Source: an uncultured Gammaproteobacteria bacterium (GTDB lineage: Bacteria; Patescibacteriota; Microgenomatia; JAUYPR01). Taken from it: DNA of 64,000 nucleotides. The notes beneath the pieces were generated by a model. That model was not told the DNA's origin. It did not search any database and saw nothing but the letters and a program-made list of their open reading frames with translations. Location of the stretch: NCBI GenBank assembly GCA_964372495.1, contig CAYJQU010000001.1, positions 2,935 to 66,934 on the forward strand. The letters are read 5' to 3'. Shown here piece after piece: positions 1-10,158 of the stretch. Positions within the stretch are counted from its first letter, which is position 1. Every line of letters starts with the position of its first letter. The position numbers and the translations under genes were made by a program.

Positions 1-594
1 AAAGAGAAACTTATTCTATCGGTTGGCCGCTTTTTTACCGGACTGCATAATAAGAAACATGAAATACTCATTGAGGCTTTTAAACGATTACTACCTCTTG
101 AAAAGGATTCAACATGGCGATTGGTGCTAGCTGGCTCACTTAGCCCTGGTGAAGAAAATAGCGAGTACCTATCCCAACTGCGAGAGAGTGCGCGCGGCTT
201 TCCCATAGCGTTTGCGGTGGATGCACATTTTGGAGAACTTGCTGACTTGTATGGAAGATCGATGTTTTACTGGCACGCTGCCGGATTTGGCGAGGATGAG
301 CAGGAACACCCTGAGCGTTTTGAACATTTCGGTATTACCACGGTTGAAGCTATGGCTGCAGGGTGTGTGCCAATAGTCTTTAACGGTGGGGGACAGCGGG
401 AGATCATTCGCAACGGGCAGGATGGGTATTTGTGGGAAACAGTTGACGAATTAGTAACGATAACTCGCAGGGTTATACAAAATCAGAGTCTTAGAGAAAC
501 TTTTGCTAAGCGAGCGCGAGAAAGGAGCGTTGAGTTTGGGGAGAAAGTAGGGTGTGAGCAATTCAGACGTATTCTTGCCGAGGTGACCACATGA
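1..594 (+). CDS. Glycosyltransferase family 4 (GT-B fold), C-terminal part; 5' end lies outside the window
   Basis: Frame 1 is open from nt 1 (KEKLILSVGRFFTGLHNKKHEILIEAF...). The C-terminal GT4 signature EHFGITTVEAMAAGCVPIV is present (the E-x7-E region). Ends in an ATGA overlap with the next gene. Confidence 0.7.
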   Translation, partial: KEKLILSVGRFFTGLHNKKHEILIEAFKRLLPLEKDSTWRLVLAGSLSPGEENSEYLSQLRESARGFPIAFAVDAHFGELADLYGRSMFYWHAAGFGEDEQEHPERFEHFGITTVEAMAAGCVPIVFNGGGQREIIRNGQDGYLWETVDELVTITRRVIQNQSLRETFAKRARERSVEFGEKVGCEQFRRILAEVTT

Positions 595-2726
595 GGAAGG
601 ATATTCTGTCTTTCCTGTTCATAGTGCTCTATGTAGCTGTTCTATTCTATCCGGTGGCATTGGGCCGGATACCGTTTCCCGCCGATTCGCTGTTAGGACT
701 GTACCATCCGTGGCGTGACGTAGTATGGGATGGGTATACTGCGGGGGTTCCATACCGTAATTTTCTTACAACCGACCCGATGCGGCAAACCTACCCGTGG
801 CGAGAGCTCAGCATCGAACTATGGAAATCAGGAGAAATACCGCTGTGGAATCCTTACAGCTTCACCGGTACGCCGCTTCTTGCAAATTATCAGTCGGCGG
901 TGCTCTACCCACTCAATAGCATATTCTTGCTTGGGGATTTTGCTCGTATGTGGGCGGTCTTGATTCTCCTGACGCCATTACTGTCTCTCTCATTTTTCTA
1001 CCTTTGGATGCGCAGTCAAAGGATTGGGTCGCTAGCTTCAATCCTCGGCGCGGTAAGCTATGGGTTTGGCGGATTTATGATGGGGTGGATGACGTGGGGC
1101 ACTATCGGTCACGTTGCCGCGTGGCTGCCACTCATGCTCCTTGCCATGAACAAATGGTTTGCAAGACCTCAATTTCGCTGGCTTTTTATCTATCTTTTCG
1201 CATCAGTCAGTTCGCTGCTGGCAGGTCACCTCCAATCCGCTCTGTATGTTCAAGCGGTAACGCTGCTCTACGGCGTCGTCGTTGTGCAGAACGTACGGCG
1301 GGTGCTGCTACTTTTGGCCATTCCGATACTCCTGGCGAGTGTTCAGCTACTGCCGACTGTAGAATTTTTATTGCAGTCTGCACGCTCGCAAGACATAACA
1401 GGGCTGCACGGATTTTTGCCCTATAAGCACTTAGTGATGTTTTTGATTCCTGACTTTTTTGGAAATCCAGCAAAACTCAACTACTGGGGAGAATGGAACT
1501 ATCTAGAATTTAATGGCTACATAGGCTTAATTCCGTTATGGCTTGCATTGATTGCCGCAAGGAGTGTACGGACAAGGCTTGTTGCATTTGCCGCTTTGTG
1601 CGTTGGCCTGAGTTTACTTTTTGCGACAAGTAAACCCCTTGGGCAGGTGTTTTCTTTTGTGCAACAGGCAGGCGCATCTCGATTGCTGCTTGTTACCAAT
1701 TTTGGCCTTGCGGTTCTCGCCGGCCTTGGTATGCAGGAGCTGGGTAAGCGGACACAGAGGCACTTTGGCGCATATGGTTTTCTTGTCGGCCTCTTTGGGC
1801 TAGTAGGACTTTTTATACTCTTTGGTTTCGTTACCCGAGCTCCTTGGATACAGAATTTGGGGGTGAGTCTACGTAACAGCGTAGTTCCTATAGCGCTACT
1901 TATACTGATCGGTTGTATAATGCTACTTCGCCCCAAAATACCTAATCGCGCAGTACCCACGATACTAGCGTTCTTGCTTGTTGTTACCGCTTTTGATTTA
2001 GGGCGTTACTTTCTTACTTTTACCCCGTTCTCGCCTGTTTCGTGGATGTATCCGCCGACTCGAGTGCTTGCGTATCTGCAGGCTGATCCTGAGCCTTTTC
2101 GGATAATGGCAACCGACCGCCGTCTCTTGCCCCCAAATGTATCCGTCGCCTATCGCTTAGCATCGGTAGAAGGCTACGATCCTCTGTATCTATCCGATTA
2201 CGGCCGCTATATAGCCCGCAACGAGCAAGGCAGAAGCGATAATCTATCGCTCCAGTTCCATCGCATCATTACCCCACAGCGCATCGATATAGATTTACCT
2301 AACAAGCTAAACGCGAAATATGTTCTCAGCCTGTCTCCTTTAAACAGCGATCAGTTTAAACAAGTGGTTCAGGAAGGAGAAACGAGGTTGTATCACAATA
2401 CGCAAGCGCTGCCGCGTGTGGATATTGACAGAGGGAAGGCTCGGCTCATTCACTATGGGGCTAACAAGGTCAAAGTTGCAGTGAGTTCAGGCGAACCTGC
2501 GACCCTAGTGATGCGAGATCCAGCTACCTTCGGCTGGCATGCGAAGGTTGATAACGATGAGGCACCTATACAGAAGATAGACGGATGGTTTCGAGCGGTG
2601 AATATGCCGGCTGGCGACCATACGGTGACCTTCTCCTATTGGCCGAAAGGGCTGACCCTGGGTATCCTTGGTGCCGTATTTGGCATCGTGCTACTGGAAG
2701 TGGCATTGTGGAGAAAATATCTATGA
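591..2726 (+). CDS. YfhO-family polytopic membrane protein (GT-C-like glycosyltransferase)
   Basis: 711 aa. N-terminal pattern FPADSLLGLYHPWR...LWNPYSFTGTPLLANYQSAVLYP is typical of YfhO. Many TM segments. C-terminal region is shared with the other YfhO paralogs in this window. Confidence 0.8.
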   Translation: MRKDILSFLFIVLYVAVLFYPVALGRIPFPADSLLGLYHPWRDVVWDGYTAGVPYRNFLTTDPMRQTYPWRELSIELWKSGEIPLWNPYSFTGTPLLANYQSAVLYPLNSIFLLGDFARMWAVLILLTPLLSLSFFYLWMRSQRIGSLASILGAVSYGFGGFMMGWMTWGTIGHVAAWLPLMLLAMNKWFARPQFRWLFIYLFASVSSLLAGHLQSALYVQAVTLLYGVVVVQNVRRVLLLLAIPILLASVQLLPTVEFLLQSARSQDITGLHGFLPYKHLVMFLIPDFFGNPAKLNYWGEWNYLEFNGYIGLIPLWLALIAARSVRTRLVAFAALCVGLSLLFATSKPLGQVFSFVQQAGASRLLLVTNFGLAVLAGLGMQELGKRTQRHFGAYGFLVGLFGLVGLFILFGFVTRAPWIQNLGVSLRNSVVPIALLILIGCIMLLRPKIPNRAVPTILAFLLVVTAFDLGRYFLTFTPFSPVSWMYPPTRVLAYLQADPEPFRIMATDRRLLPPNVSVAYRLASVEGYDPLYLSDYGRYIARNEQGRSDNLSLQFHRIITPQRIDIDLPNKLNAKYVLSLSPLNSDQFKQVVQEGETRLYHNTQALPRVDIDRGKARLIHYGANKVKVAVSSGEPATLVMRDPATFGWHAKVDNDEAPIQKIDGWFRAVNMPAGDHTVTFSYWPKGLTLGILGAVFGIVLLEVALWRKYL

Positions 2727-3631
2727 CTGTTATTATTCCGACGTTTAACGGGAAAGAACTTTTAGCAAAAAATCTTCCTCGTATAGTCAAAGCTTCCTCT
2801 GGTGCAGTGGTGATCGTGGTAGACGATGGGAGCACTGATGGCACAGGCCACTGGCTCTCCCAATACTTTCCGAAAGTCGGGATTATTACCCATGCGCGTA
2901 ATCATGGTTTTGCAGCTGCAGTGAACGCAGGAGTGCAAGCTGCCACAACGGATATAGTGGTACTACTCAATAATGATGCGATACCTCACGAGGGGTGGCT
3001 AAAGGCGCTGTCAAGACATTTTGATGACCCATATGTCTTTGCGGTTGGGTGCAGGGAGGAAACAGGCGACGGAGAGAAACGGGTCGTAAGTGGTCGAGGA
3101 GTAGGATACTTTTATCGAGGAACTCTGACGCACGCGCGAGGTATAGAAGGACCCTTCACCCTGTGGGCAAGCGGTGGAAGTGCAGCTTTCTCACGGAGGA
3201 AATGGCGCGAACTGGGCGGAATGGATACACTGTACGCGCCGTTTTACTGGGAGGACATTGATCTCTCCTATCGGGCCTGGAAGAGAGGATGGAGAGTCCT
3301 GTATGAAAAACGAGCGATTGTGACACATGTACATGAGCAGACTATTGGACGCAGGTATTCGCCGTTTTTTATCCGGGTGGTTTCGAGTCGTAATCTCTAT
3401 CTCTTCTTCTGGAAGAATATTACAGACATACGGTTATGGGTGGCGCATCTGACGTGGCTCCCGCTCCACTTGAGTGCGGCGCTTCGGAGGCGGGATGGGG
3501 CATATATCGTAGGATTTCTCTGGGCATGCTGGTATATACCTCTGGTGTGCGTTCGTCGACTGGGAATAGCAAAAGCGACGCGAAGCGACCAGGAAGTAAT
3601 CACACTACATCGTAAGCAAGAGGTTCGATGA
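2723..3631 (+). CDS. Glycosyltransferase family 2 (WbbL/rhamnosyltransferase-like)
   Basis: MTVIIPTFNGKELL...VVDDGSTDGT and the DAIPHEGW and YWEDIDLSYRAWKRG motifs. The ATG overlaps the upstream stop (ATGA). The ORF-track N-terminal extension (2585) would overlap the upstream gene, so it was not used. Confidence 0.8.
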   Translation: MTVIIPTFNGKELLAKNLPRIVKASSGAVVIVVDDGSTDGTGHWLSQYFPKVGIITHARNHGFAAAVNAGVQAATTDIVVLLNNDAIPHEGWLKALSRHFDDPYVFAVGCREETGDGEKRVVSGRGVGYFYRGTLTHARGIEGPFTLWASGGSAAFSRRKWRELGGMDTLYAPFYWEDIDLSYRAWKRGWRVLYEKRAIVTHVHEQTIGRRYSPFFIRVVSSRNLYLFFWKNITDIRLWVAHLTWLPLHLSAALRRRDGAYIVGFLWACWYIPLVCVRRLGIAKATRSDQEVITLHRKQEVR

Positions 3632-5316
3632 TAGGTTTGGTGAGGAAAGGTGGATTGCCTCTCGTTCTGATACTGGTTCTTGCCGTTATACTGCGGTTTG
3701 CACTGCTTGCTACGTACCCCCCTGCACTTTTTGTGGACGAGGCTGCGGTCGGATACAACGCATGGTCTCTTGCGCAGGATCTGCGAGACGAATACGGCAC
3801 TTTTTTGCCAGTTGCATTCAGGTCTTGGGGCACCTATACTGCCCCACTCCAATTTTACCTAGCGATACCCGGCGTACTACTGTGGGGTTTAAATGAGTAT
3901 GGGACTCGGTTTCACGCAGTCCTGCTGGGATCGGCGACGGTTCTCGTACTCTACGTACTGGTGTACCAGTGGTTTGGAAAACGCACGCTGGCCCTTTCCG
4001 CCGCTACCCTGCTCGCACTCTCTCCATGGCATATCCATCAGTCCCGCATGGCGGTTGAGTCCATTATCAGCACTTTTTTCTTTACTCTCGGTGTCTATTT
4101 TCTTGTTCGTTTTCGTGCGGCTTATAAGCTCTTGCCACTCGTAGCGGCTGCTATTTGCTTTGTCTTGACTACATACGCGTACCACTCTGCCCGTTTGACC
4201 GCGCCTTTGTTTTTGTTTCTCTTTATGGTGCTGTATCGAAAGGAGTTGTGGCGGCAGCTGCGGAACGTTCTTATTGCCGCTTTAGTGGGTATTGTGATTG
4301 CATCACCGTTACTGTGGTATGTAATTACCCAACATAATCAAGCGCTGGCGCGGCCTCGTGCCATAAGTAGTATTGGTAATCCTGGTATCGGATTGCAGCT
4401 ATGGGAGTGGACTACAACTGATGGTCCGACTCACCCGTCCTTTTTGACCCGTGCCTTCCATAATAAAGCAGTGTTACATCTGGAGGATTTTTTCCGCCGA
4501 TATCTTTCTCATTTTGATCCCTCATTTTTGTTTATCAGAGGAGATCCACATGAGCGATTTCAAATTCCGAACATAGGCATTCTCTTGTTCATTGGTCTCC
4601 CACTAGTTTTGGTTGGGTTTTTGTCCCTATTTCGCTTTTATCCTGGCAAGGACAGATTATTACTTGTTGGCTGGATAATGCTTCCTCCTGTGGTTTCCTC
4701 ACTTGCGGTTATCACGCCGAATTCCTATCACATGCTCGAGGCAGCTCCTGCCTGGGCAATTCTGATGGCTATGGGTCTATCGATGTGGCTCCGTTTCCTC
4801 AAGCCTATACTGCCGTCCACTGCTCACATCGCTCTTGCATTACTGCTTACCGCCAATGTCTTGTATTATCTCGGGGTATATTACACGGTACTCCCCTATC
4901 AGTTGGCACACTTTTGGGCGTACGGTTTCAAAGAAGGTGTGCTTGCCGTAAAGGAGCTTGAGCGCGGGTACGATACAGTCGTATCGGCAAATCGGCACTA
5001 TATCTATTTTCTTTACTACCTCAGGTATAACCCAAGACGATTTCGTCTCGAGTATGAAAGGGCTCCCGGTGTTGATGAAAATGGATTTGAGCATATCGTT
5101 GCATTTGGCAAGTTTGTGTTTCCAAAAGACTTTAACTGGGAACAGATGCCAAAGCGTCCAGGTATCCTCTACATGGCACCACGCCATCAAATTCCCGACT
5201 ACTGGACGGATGACCCGGAAGGAAGTGGCCTGCGTCGCAACAAGGTTAGGATACTCAAGAAGATATACTTTCCCAACGGGGAGGTTGCGATGAAGGTAGC
5301 AGATGTTATTGAGTAA
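3628..5316 (+). CDS. PMT_2/ArnT-like GT-C membrane glycosyltransferase (GT39/GT83-like), paralog 1
   Basis: 562 aa. N-terminal TM, then loop motif FVDEAAVGYNAWSL...DEYGTFLPV, then SPWHIHQSR. Polytopic. ATGA overlap with the upstream gene. Confidence 0.75.
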   Translation: MIGLVRKGGLPLVLILVLAVILRFALLATYPPALFVDEAAVGYNAWSLAQDLRDEYGTFLPVAFRSWGTYTAPLQFYLAIPGVLLWGLNEYGTRFHAVLLGSATVLVLYVLVYQWFGKRTLALSAATLLALSPWHIHQSRMAVESIISTFFFTLGVYFLVRFRAAYKLLPLVAAAICFVLTTYAYHSARLTAPLFLFLFMVLYRKELWRQLRNVLIAALVGIVIASPLLWYVITQHNQALARPRAISSIGNPGIGLQLWEWTTTDGPTHPSFLTRAFHNKAVLHLEDFFRRYLSHFDPSFLFIRGDPHERFQIPNIGILLFIGLPLVLVGFLSLFRFYPGKDRLLLVGWIMLPPVVSSLAVITPNSYHMLEAAPAWAILMAMGLSMWLRFLKPILPSTAHIALALLLTANVLYYLGVYYTVLPYQLAHFWAYGFKEGVLAVKELERGYDTVVSANRHYIYFLYYLRYNPRRFRLEYERAPGVDENGFEHIVAFGKFVFPKDFNWEQMPKRPGILYMAPRHQIPDYWTDDPEGSGLRRNKVRILKKIYFPNGEVAMKVADVIE

Positions 5317-6952
5317 GGTGGTCACGCGTTCGTCGGCGCTAGTGGTGATTCTTAGTGCAGCCGTGATCCTCCGTTTTGTCGGCCTTGCAAACCATCCTCC
5401 TCTCTACACAGATGAGGCATCGCTTGGGTATAGCGCGTATAGTATTTTGCGCACCGGAGCCGATGAATTTGGACAGAAGTTGCCGGTCAGCCTCCGTTCA
5501 TTTGGCGATTACAAACCGCCGCTGTCGGCATATTTGATGATTCCGGGCATTGCCGCTTTTGGACTCTCAACGACTACCATTCGTTTACCATCGGCCATTA
5601 CTGGTATTGCCACCATCGTGCTCGTGTATTTACTCGTGAAGCTATTGACCGGGAACTCTGCGCTGGCACTTGGTAGCGCTTTTGTGCTGACATTTTCTCC
5701 TTGGCATATTCACCAGTCCCGTATGGCAATGCTTGTGGGTAACACACTCTTCTTTTTCGTGGCCGGGGTGTACACGTGGCTAAAGGGTGCGCGCGACCCG
5801 CGGTGGTATATCCTGAGTGCAATTTCCTTCGCACTGTCCATATATGGATACTATGGCATGCGTGTTGTCGTGCCGCTCATGCTGGGAGCGCTTGTGGTTT
5901 TATATCGTCGAGAGATTGTACGAGGGTGGCGATGGGCGGGCGGCTCGGCTGTTGTATTTATTGTCCTGCTGCTGCCCCTTACGATGCAATTTTTAGGCAA
6001 TAGCGAGGTGCTGTTTGGTAGAGCCCGACATGTGAGCCTGTTTGCTGATGAGGGTGTGCAGCTCAGACTGTGGGAGGCAGCAAGTACCGATGGGCAGCTG
6101 CACCCACTGGTAAGCAGGGTGTTTCACAACAAACTGATCGCGTATGCTGAGGATGCGGTGCGCAGGTTCTTTTCTCATTTTGAGATTGAGTATCTCTTTG
6201 TACGTGGAGACAGGGCTGAGCCTTTTGAGGTTCCAGGAATTGGCCTCTTGTGGCTGTTTGAGTTTCCGTTGGTGTTGGTTGGAATACACGCGCTGAGAAA
6301 GCATAAGAAATTACTACTGCTTGCCTTATTCTGGCTTGGCCTCCACGTATTACCGGCGGCCCTGACGTTTGTAACGCCTGCCTCAAATCGCAGTTTCGGT
6401 GCGGTCGTACCTCTTGCTATCTTTACGGGCGCAGGGGTAGCTGCAGTGGTTTCGAAAAAGCGTATGATACTTCCCTTGATACTACTGCTGTGGTTGGCGG
6501 GTTTAGTCTATGCCGCAAAACAGTATATAATCGTGCTCCCCCGTGATATAGGCCCGCGGGTATATAGTGCAAGCTTTGTGGGCGCAGACAAGCTGGCCGA
6601 GTATCGCAATCGGTATGACCGCATCGTGATTTCTGAACGGGCCAGACTTCCCTACGTACATCTATTGGTACGTTACCAATATGACCCGTGGCGGCTGCAG
6701 CAGGAATTACAGATTAAACCAGGAGTGGATCAGTTCGGCTATGAGCATGTGGACCGGTTCGGCAACATCCAGTACCGGCAGGACGTACTCTGGGAGCGAG
6801 AGAGGATCACCGGGACTACTCTCTATGTAGCGGCTCCACAGGAGGGATTGCCCCGCAGCGAATATCGTCCGAGAGTGCTTACAGAGATACGCTATGAATC
6901 GGGAGACCAGGCTATGCGATTTATCGAAGTGCAACCAATGGAATTAAAGTGA
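5303..6952 (+). CDS. PMT_2/ArnT-like GT-C membrane glycosyltransferase, paralog 2
   Basis: 549 aa. YTDEASLGYSAYSILRTGADEFGQKLPVSLRSFGDYKPP and SPWHIHQSR. Tandem to paralog 1. The start may alternatively be the GTG at 5318. Confidence 0.75.
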   Translation: MLLSKVVTRSSALVVILSAAVILRFVGLANHPPLYTDEASLGYSAYSILRTGADEFGQKLPVSLRSFGDYKPPLSAYLMIPGIAAFGLSTTTIRLPSAITGIATIVLVYLLVKLLTGNSALALGSAFVLTFSPWHIHQSRMAMLVGNTLFFFVAGVYTWLKGARDPRWYILSAISFALSIYGYYGMRVVVPLMLGALVVLYRREIVRGWRWAGGSAVVFIVLLLPLTMQFLGNSEVLFGRARHVSLFADEGVQLRLWEAASTDGQLHPLVSRVFHNKLIAYAEDAVRRFFSHFEIEYLFVRGDRAEPFEVPGIGLLWLFEFPLVLVGIHALRKHKKLLLLALFWLGLHVLPAALTFVTPASNRSFGAVVPLAIFTGAGVAAVVSKKRMILPLILLLWLAGLVYAAKQYIIVLPRDIGPRVYSASFVGADKLAEYRNRYDRIVISERARLPYVHLLVRYQYDPWRLQQELQIKPGVDQFGYEHVDRFGNIQYRQDVLWERERITGTTLYVAAPQEGLPRSEYRPRVLTEIRYESGDQAMRFIEVQPMELK

Positions 6953-8619
6953 GGTACGCGACACTTTGGCTGGTGGGCATTACGATGCTGGGAGCACTCG
7001 TGCGCCTTGCCTACCTTGGGGAGATACCTGCAGGGATAAACAATGATGAGGTGTCGCATGGCTACAATGCGTACAGTATTCTGACCACAGGGAAAGATGA
7101 GTGGGGTAAACCGTGGCCTATAACATCGTTTACCGCATTTGGCGATTACAAACCGCCGGTCTATATTTACCTCACGACAGTTTGGGTTTGGCTATTTGGT
7201 CTTTCTTCTTTTTCAACACGCCTTACATCGGCTCTGGCAGGCATCATTGCAATTCCCCTCGTATTTCTTCTTGTACAGAGGTTCTATGGCAACCGCGTGG
7301 TCGCTTTTATTGCAGCATTGTTTCTGGCGATTTCTCCCTACCATGTCTTTATAAGTCGCAAGGCTGCTGAAAACAACCTTGCGATAACATGGGCACTTGT
7401 GGGTACTTATGCGTTTGCTCGAGCACAAAAGCACGTGGCTTGGCTGTTTGCATCTATGGGGTTTTTCTTACTGATGGCATTTACGCACACCCCTGCTCGT
7501 GGCTTTGCCTTGTTGCTAGTTGCCTGTTTGCTTGTTTTGTATGGTAGGCCACTTTTTGTCCGAGAGAAGTGGAAAATGCTTGTCGCGGTGTCTCTTTTTT
7601 TCCTTCCCACGCTTTCTCTGTTTGCAAGCTGGGAGGGGCAGGCCAGATTGTATCAGAGTACGGAGTATGTTACTCGGGGCCTCTATGCTCGGTTGGATGA
7701 AACACGAGCTGCTTGCCAAAGCTTCGCTCCCCCTTCTGTTTGCCAAATTGCATTTAATAGGCCGACCGCCCGCGTGTGGGATGTACTGGAGAACTACGTA
7801 TCCCACTTTAGTACGAGAACGCTGTTTGTTATTGGTATTCGTAAGTTTGATGCTGGTGATTTGCGCGAACTTGATACGTATGTGTTATCAGGACATGGAC
7901 TATTTTATCTTTTTGGCTTGCCGCTGTTCTTCCTTGGCCTCTACTGCCTGGCACGACAGCTGACAAAGAAAAAAGGGCTGTTTTTGGCCTGGCTTTTGCT
8001 GTCTCCTATCCCTGACAGCTTAACTAGCCCAGGACATGCTAGTCGTATGACAACAATGATCCCCTCGATCGAGATTATCTGCGCGATTGGCTTATGGCAG
8101 TTGTCTGTTTGGATACGATATGTGCGTTTGAAAGCGCTACAGTATGTAGTATATTGTGTACTTGCGGCAGTAGTGGCTGTTAGTGTAACTCGTTTTTTAA
8201 TCACCTACCGCCATTACAGCGATTATGCCTCACGCGCGTTTAAGTTTGGCTACGCCGAGTTGTTTCAATATCTTTCAAACGTAGAGGATCGATATAATCG
8301 AATTTGGATATCCTCGTACTATGGGGAACCGTACATCTACCATCTCTTTTTTCAGCGCTACGCGGCAGACAAAATACATGATACGTCACATATTGACCGT
8401 GTCTGGGTTGCTGATGATCAAGCAGGCGTTTGGTCGCAGGTTTCTCGTATTGGCAAGTACCGGTATGTTTCAGAAGTGGAAGCAAAGGATGTAGGTCTGT
8501 CTGACTTGGTTGTAAATGGCCCGTTTGGTGGTCCGAGGGACGGCAATCTTTTACATGTGGTGCGCGATAAACGTGGCGACGGTGTATTCTATATTTATGA
8601 AGCAAAGCAACGAAACTAA
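6949..8619 (+). CDS. PMT_2/ArnT-like GT-C membrane glycosyltransferase, paralog 3
   Basis: 556 aa. NNDEVSHGYNAYSILTTGKDEWGKPWPITSFTAFGDYKPP and SPYHVFISR. GTG start overlapping the upstream stop (GTGA). Confidence 0.75.
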   Translation: MRYATLWLVGITMLGALVRLAYLGEIPAGINNDEVSHGYNAYSILTTGKDEWGKPWPITSFTAFGDYKPPVYIYLTTVWVWLFGLSSFSTRLTSALAGIIAIPLVFLLVQRFYGNRVVAFIAALFLAISPYHVFISRKAAENNLAITWALVGTYAFARAQKHVAWLFASMGFFLLMAFTHTPARGFALLLVACLLVLYGRPLFVREKWKMLVAVSLFFLPTLSLFASWEGQARLYQSTEYVTRGLYARLDETRAACQSFAPPSVCQIAFNRPTARVWDVLENYVSHFSTRTLFVIGIRKFDAGDLRELDTYVLSGHGLFYLFGLPLFFLGLYCLARQLTKKKGLFLAWLLLSPIPDSLTSPGHASRMTTMIPSIEIICAIGLWQLSVWIRYVRLKALQYVVYCVLAAVVAVSVTRFLITYRHYSDYASRAFKFGYAELFQYLSNVEDRYNRIWISSYYGEPYIYHLFFQRYAADKIHDTSHIDRVWVADDQAGVWSQVSRIGKYRYVSEVEAKDVGLSDLVVNGPFGGPRDGNLLHVVRDKRGDGVFYIYEAKQRN

Positions 8620-9316
8620 CAAGCGGACAGTATCGTTGGTATTTCCGGCATTTAACGAGGAGGCCAATATTGCCCAGGCGATTGCCGAGTTTAAGAGGGC
8701 CCATCGGTTTGACGAAGTTGTAGTAGTCGATAATAACTCAACGGATGCAACGGTAAAGCTTGCGCAAGCGCATGCCCGAGTTATGAAGGAGGAGAGACAA
8801 GGATTTGGGTGGGCGGTACGTCGAGGGCTGGCTGAGGCGCGAAGTGAGCTTATTGTCCTTGCCGAACCGGACGGCACATTTGTTGGGAGAGACGTGCATA
8901 AGCTGTTGGCGTACGCGGACGATTTTGACCTGATAATTGGGACGCGCACTACAAAGGAGCTTATTTGGGGGGAGGCGAATATGGGATGGTTCTTGCGAAT
9001 TGGAAATATAATAGTTGCCAAGTTCATTGAGGTATTGTTTTCCGGTCCCTCGCTATCAGATTGTGGTTGCACGCTGCGCCTTATTAGGCGGGACGCTCTT
9101 GGCAAAATAGCACCATATTTTACTGTGGGAGGGTCGCATTTTCTTCCTGAGATGGTGATACTGGCTCTTCAGCATAACTTGCGGGTAATCGAGATACCAG
9201 TTAACTACCGCACGAGGATAGGCGCTTCAAAAATTACTGGTTCCACCTGGCGCGCGTTTTGGGTTGGTATAGGTATGATTACCCTTGCACTCCGTTGCAG
9301 GCTATTTGGCAGATGA
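8597..9316 (+). CDS. GT2 polyprenyl-phosphate sugar synthase (Dpm1/DPM-synthase-like)
   Basis: MKQSNETNKRTVSLVFPAFNEEANI...VVVDNNSTDAT...AEPDGT. This is the typical Dpm1/ArnC/GtrB architecture. The in-frame ATG at 8597 overlaps the upstream gene by about 23 nt. Confidence 0.7.
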   Translation: MKQSNETNKRTVSLVFPAFNEEANIAQAIAEFKRAHRFDEVVVVDNNSTDATVKLAQAHARVMKEERQGFGWAVRRGLAEARSELIVLAEPDGTFVGRDVHKLLAYADDFDLIIGTRTTKELIWGEANMGWFLRIGNIIVAKFIEVLFSGPSLSDCGCTLRLIRRDALGKIAPYFTVGGSHFLPEMVILALQHNLRVIEIPVNYRTRIGASKITGSTWRAFWVGIGMITLALRCRLFGR

Positions 9317-10158
9317 AATGTGGCATTTGCCGTGCCGGCAGGCTCAATGTAGTTTTTTTGTTAAACGAGAACCAGTCACTATACGATTGTCGGGAATGTG
9401 GCGTTCGGCAGCTCCTTCCGCAGAGAGTAGTCCGCGGTGATTATAGGGAGTCATATTACGATTATTACGGACGAGGCTTGCAGTCGGATGGCGCTCTTGT
9501 ACGGCTGAAAGTACTCACGTACTCCAGGATGCTACGGAAACTGGCTACCTACGTACAGCCAGGCACGCTTCTTGACATAGGATGTGGGTTGGGTCATGCG
9601 ATGAAAGTTGCGAAGGAACTTGGCTGGCGCGTAGTGGGCACGGAATTTTCTCCTGACGCAGCGCGTCTTGCACGAAGGTATACTGACTCACCCGTATATA
9701 TGGGAGACGTACGTTCTCTCAACACGTTCGCCTCGTTTGATGCGATTACCCTATTTGACGTAATCGAGCACTTACCAGATCCAAAACGGGCTCTTGCGCA
9801 CGTCAGTATGTTATTGAAGTCTCATGGGGGAGTGTTGATTGTTACGCCGGATGTAGCCAGTTTATCTTCGAGACTGATGGGCAAAAGGTGGAATCACTAT
9901 CATCCCGACCATTTGTTTTATTTTGACCGCCACTCCATCCAGCAGGTAATTCCAAAAAGTTTGACCATCAGAAGCATTATGCCAACAGTCAAGCTGTTTA
10001 ATCTTGCGTATATCCACGGCTACTTTATGCAATATCCAACTATTGGTTTTACACAGCTTGCGCGCTTTCTCTATGCGGTACTTCCGCAATCAGTACGCGA
10101 GTTTCCCTTTGCGATGCAATCTGGTAGCATGATGGTCATAGCACAAAAAGAACAATGA
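9313..10158 (+). CDS. Class I SAM-dependent methyltransferase with N-terminal Zn-ribbon (CxxC...CxxC)
   Basis: MKCGICRAG...CRECG, then LLDIGCGLGH (SAM motif I), FDAITLFDVIEHLPDP, GGVLIVTPD. ATGA overlap. Paralog of the 58736 gene. Confidence 0.7.
   Translation: MKCGICRAGRLNVVFLLNENQSLYDCRECGVRQLLPQRVVRGDYRESYYDYYGRGLQSDGALVRLKVLTYSRMLRKLATYVQPGTLLDIGCGLGHAMKVAKELGWRVVGTEFSPDAARLARRYTDSPVYMGDVRSLNTFASFDAITLFDVIEHLPDPKRALAHVSMLLKSHGGVLIVTPDVASLSSRLMGKRWNHYHPDHLFYFDRHSIQQVIPKSLTIRSIMPTVKLFNLAYIHGYFMQYPTIGFTQLARFLYAVLPQSVREFPFAMQSGSMMVIAQKEQ

Noticed and set aside
730-1960. Many short ORFs of 60-160 aa on both strands inside the first YfhO gene (730-963, 950-1426, 1207-1473, 1517-1960). Similar nested ORFs occur throughout the window.
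   Set aside because: They lie entirely within longer ORFs that have clear family signatures. They have low-complexity or Arg/Ser-rich composition typical of out-of-frame translation of GC-rich coding DNA. None has recognisable motifs.
2585-2722. N-terminal extensions proposed by the ORF track for the 2585, 29114, 34631, 47095, 45286 and 43317 genes
   Set aside because: Each extension overlaps the conserved C-terminus of the upstream gene. An internal ATG gives an ATGA or short overlap and a canonical N-terminus, such as MTVIIPTFNG, MIIRARAPLRISF, MRILIDL or MKVLQVLD.
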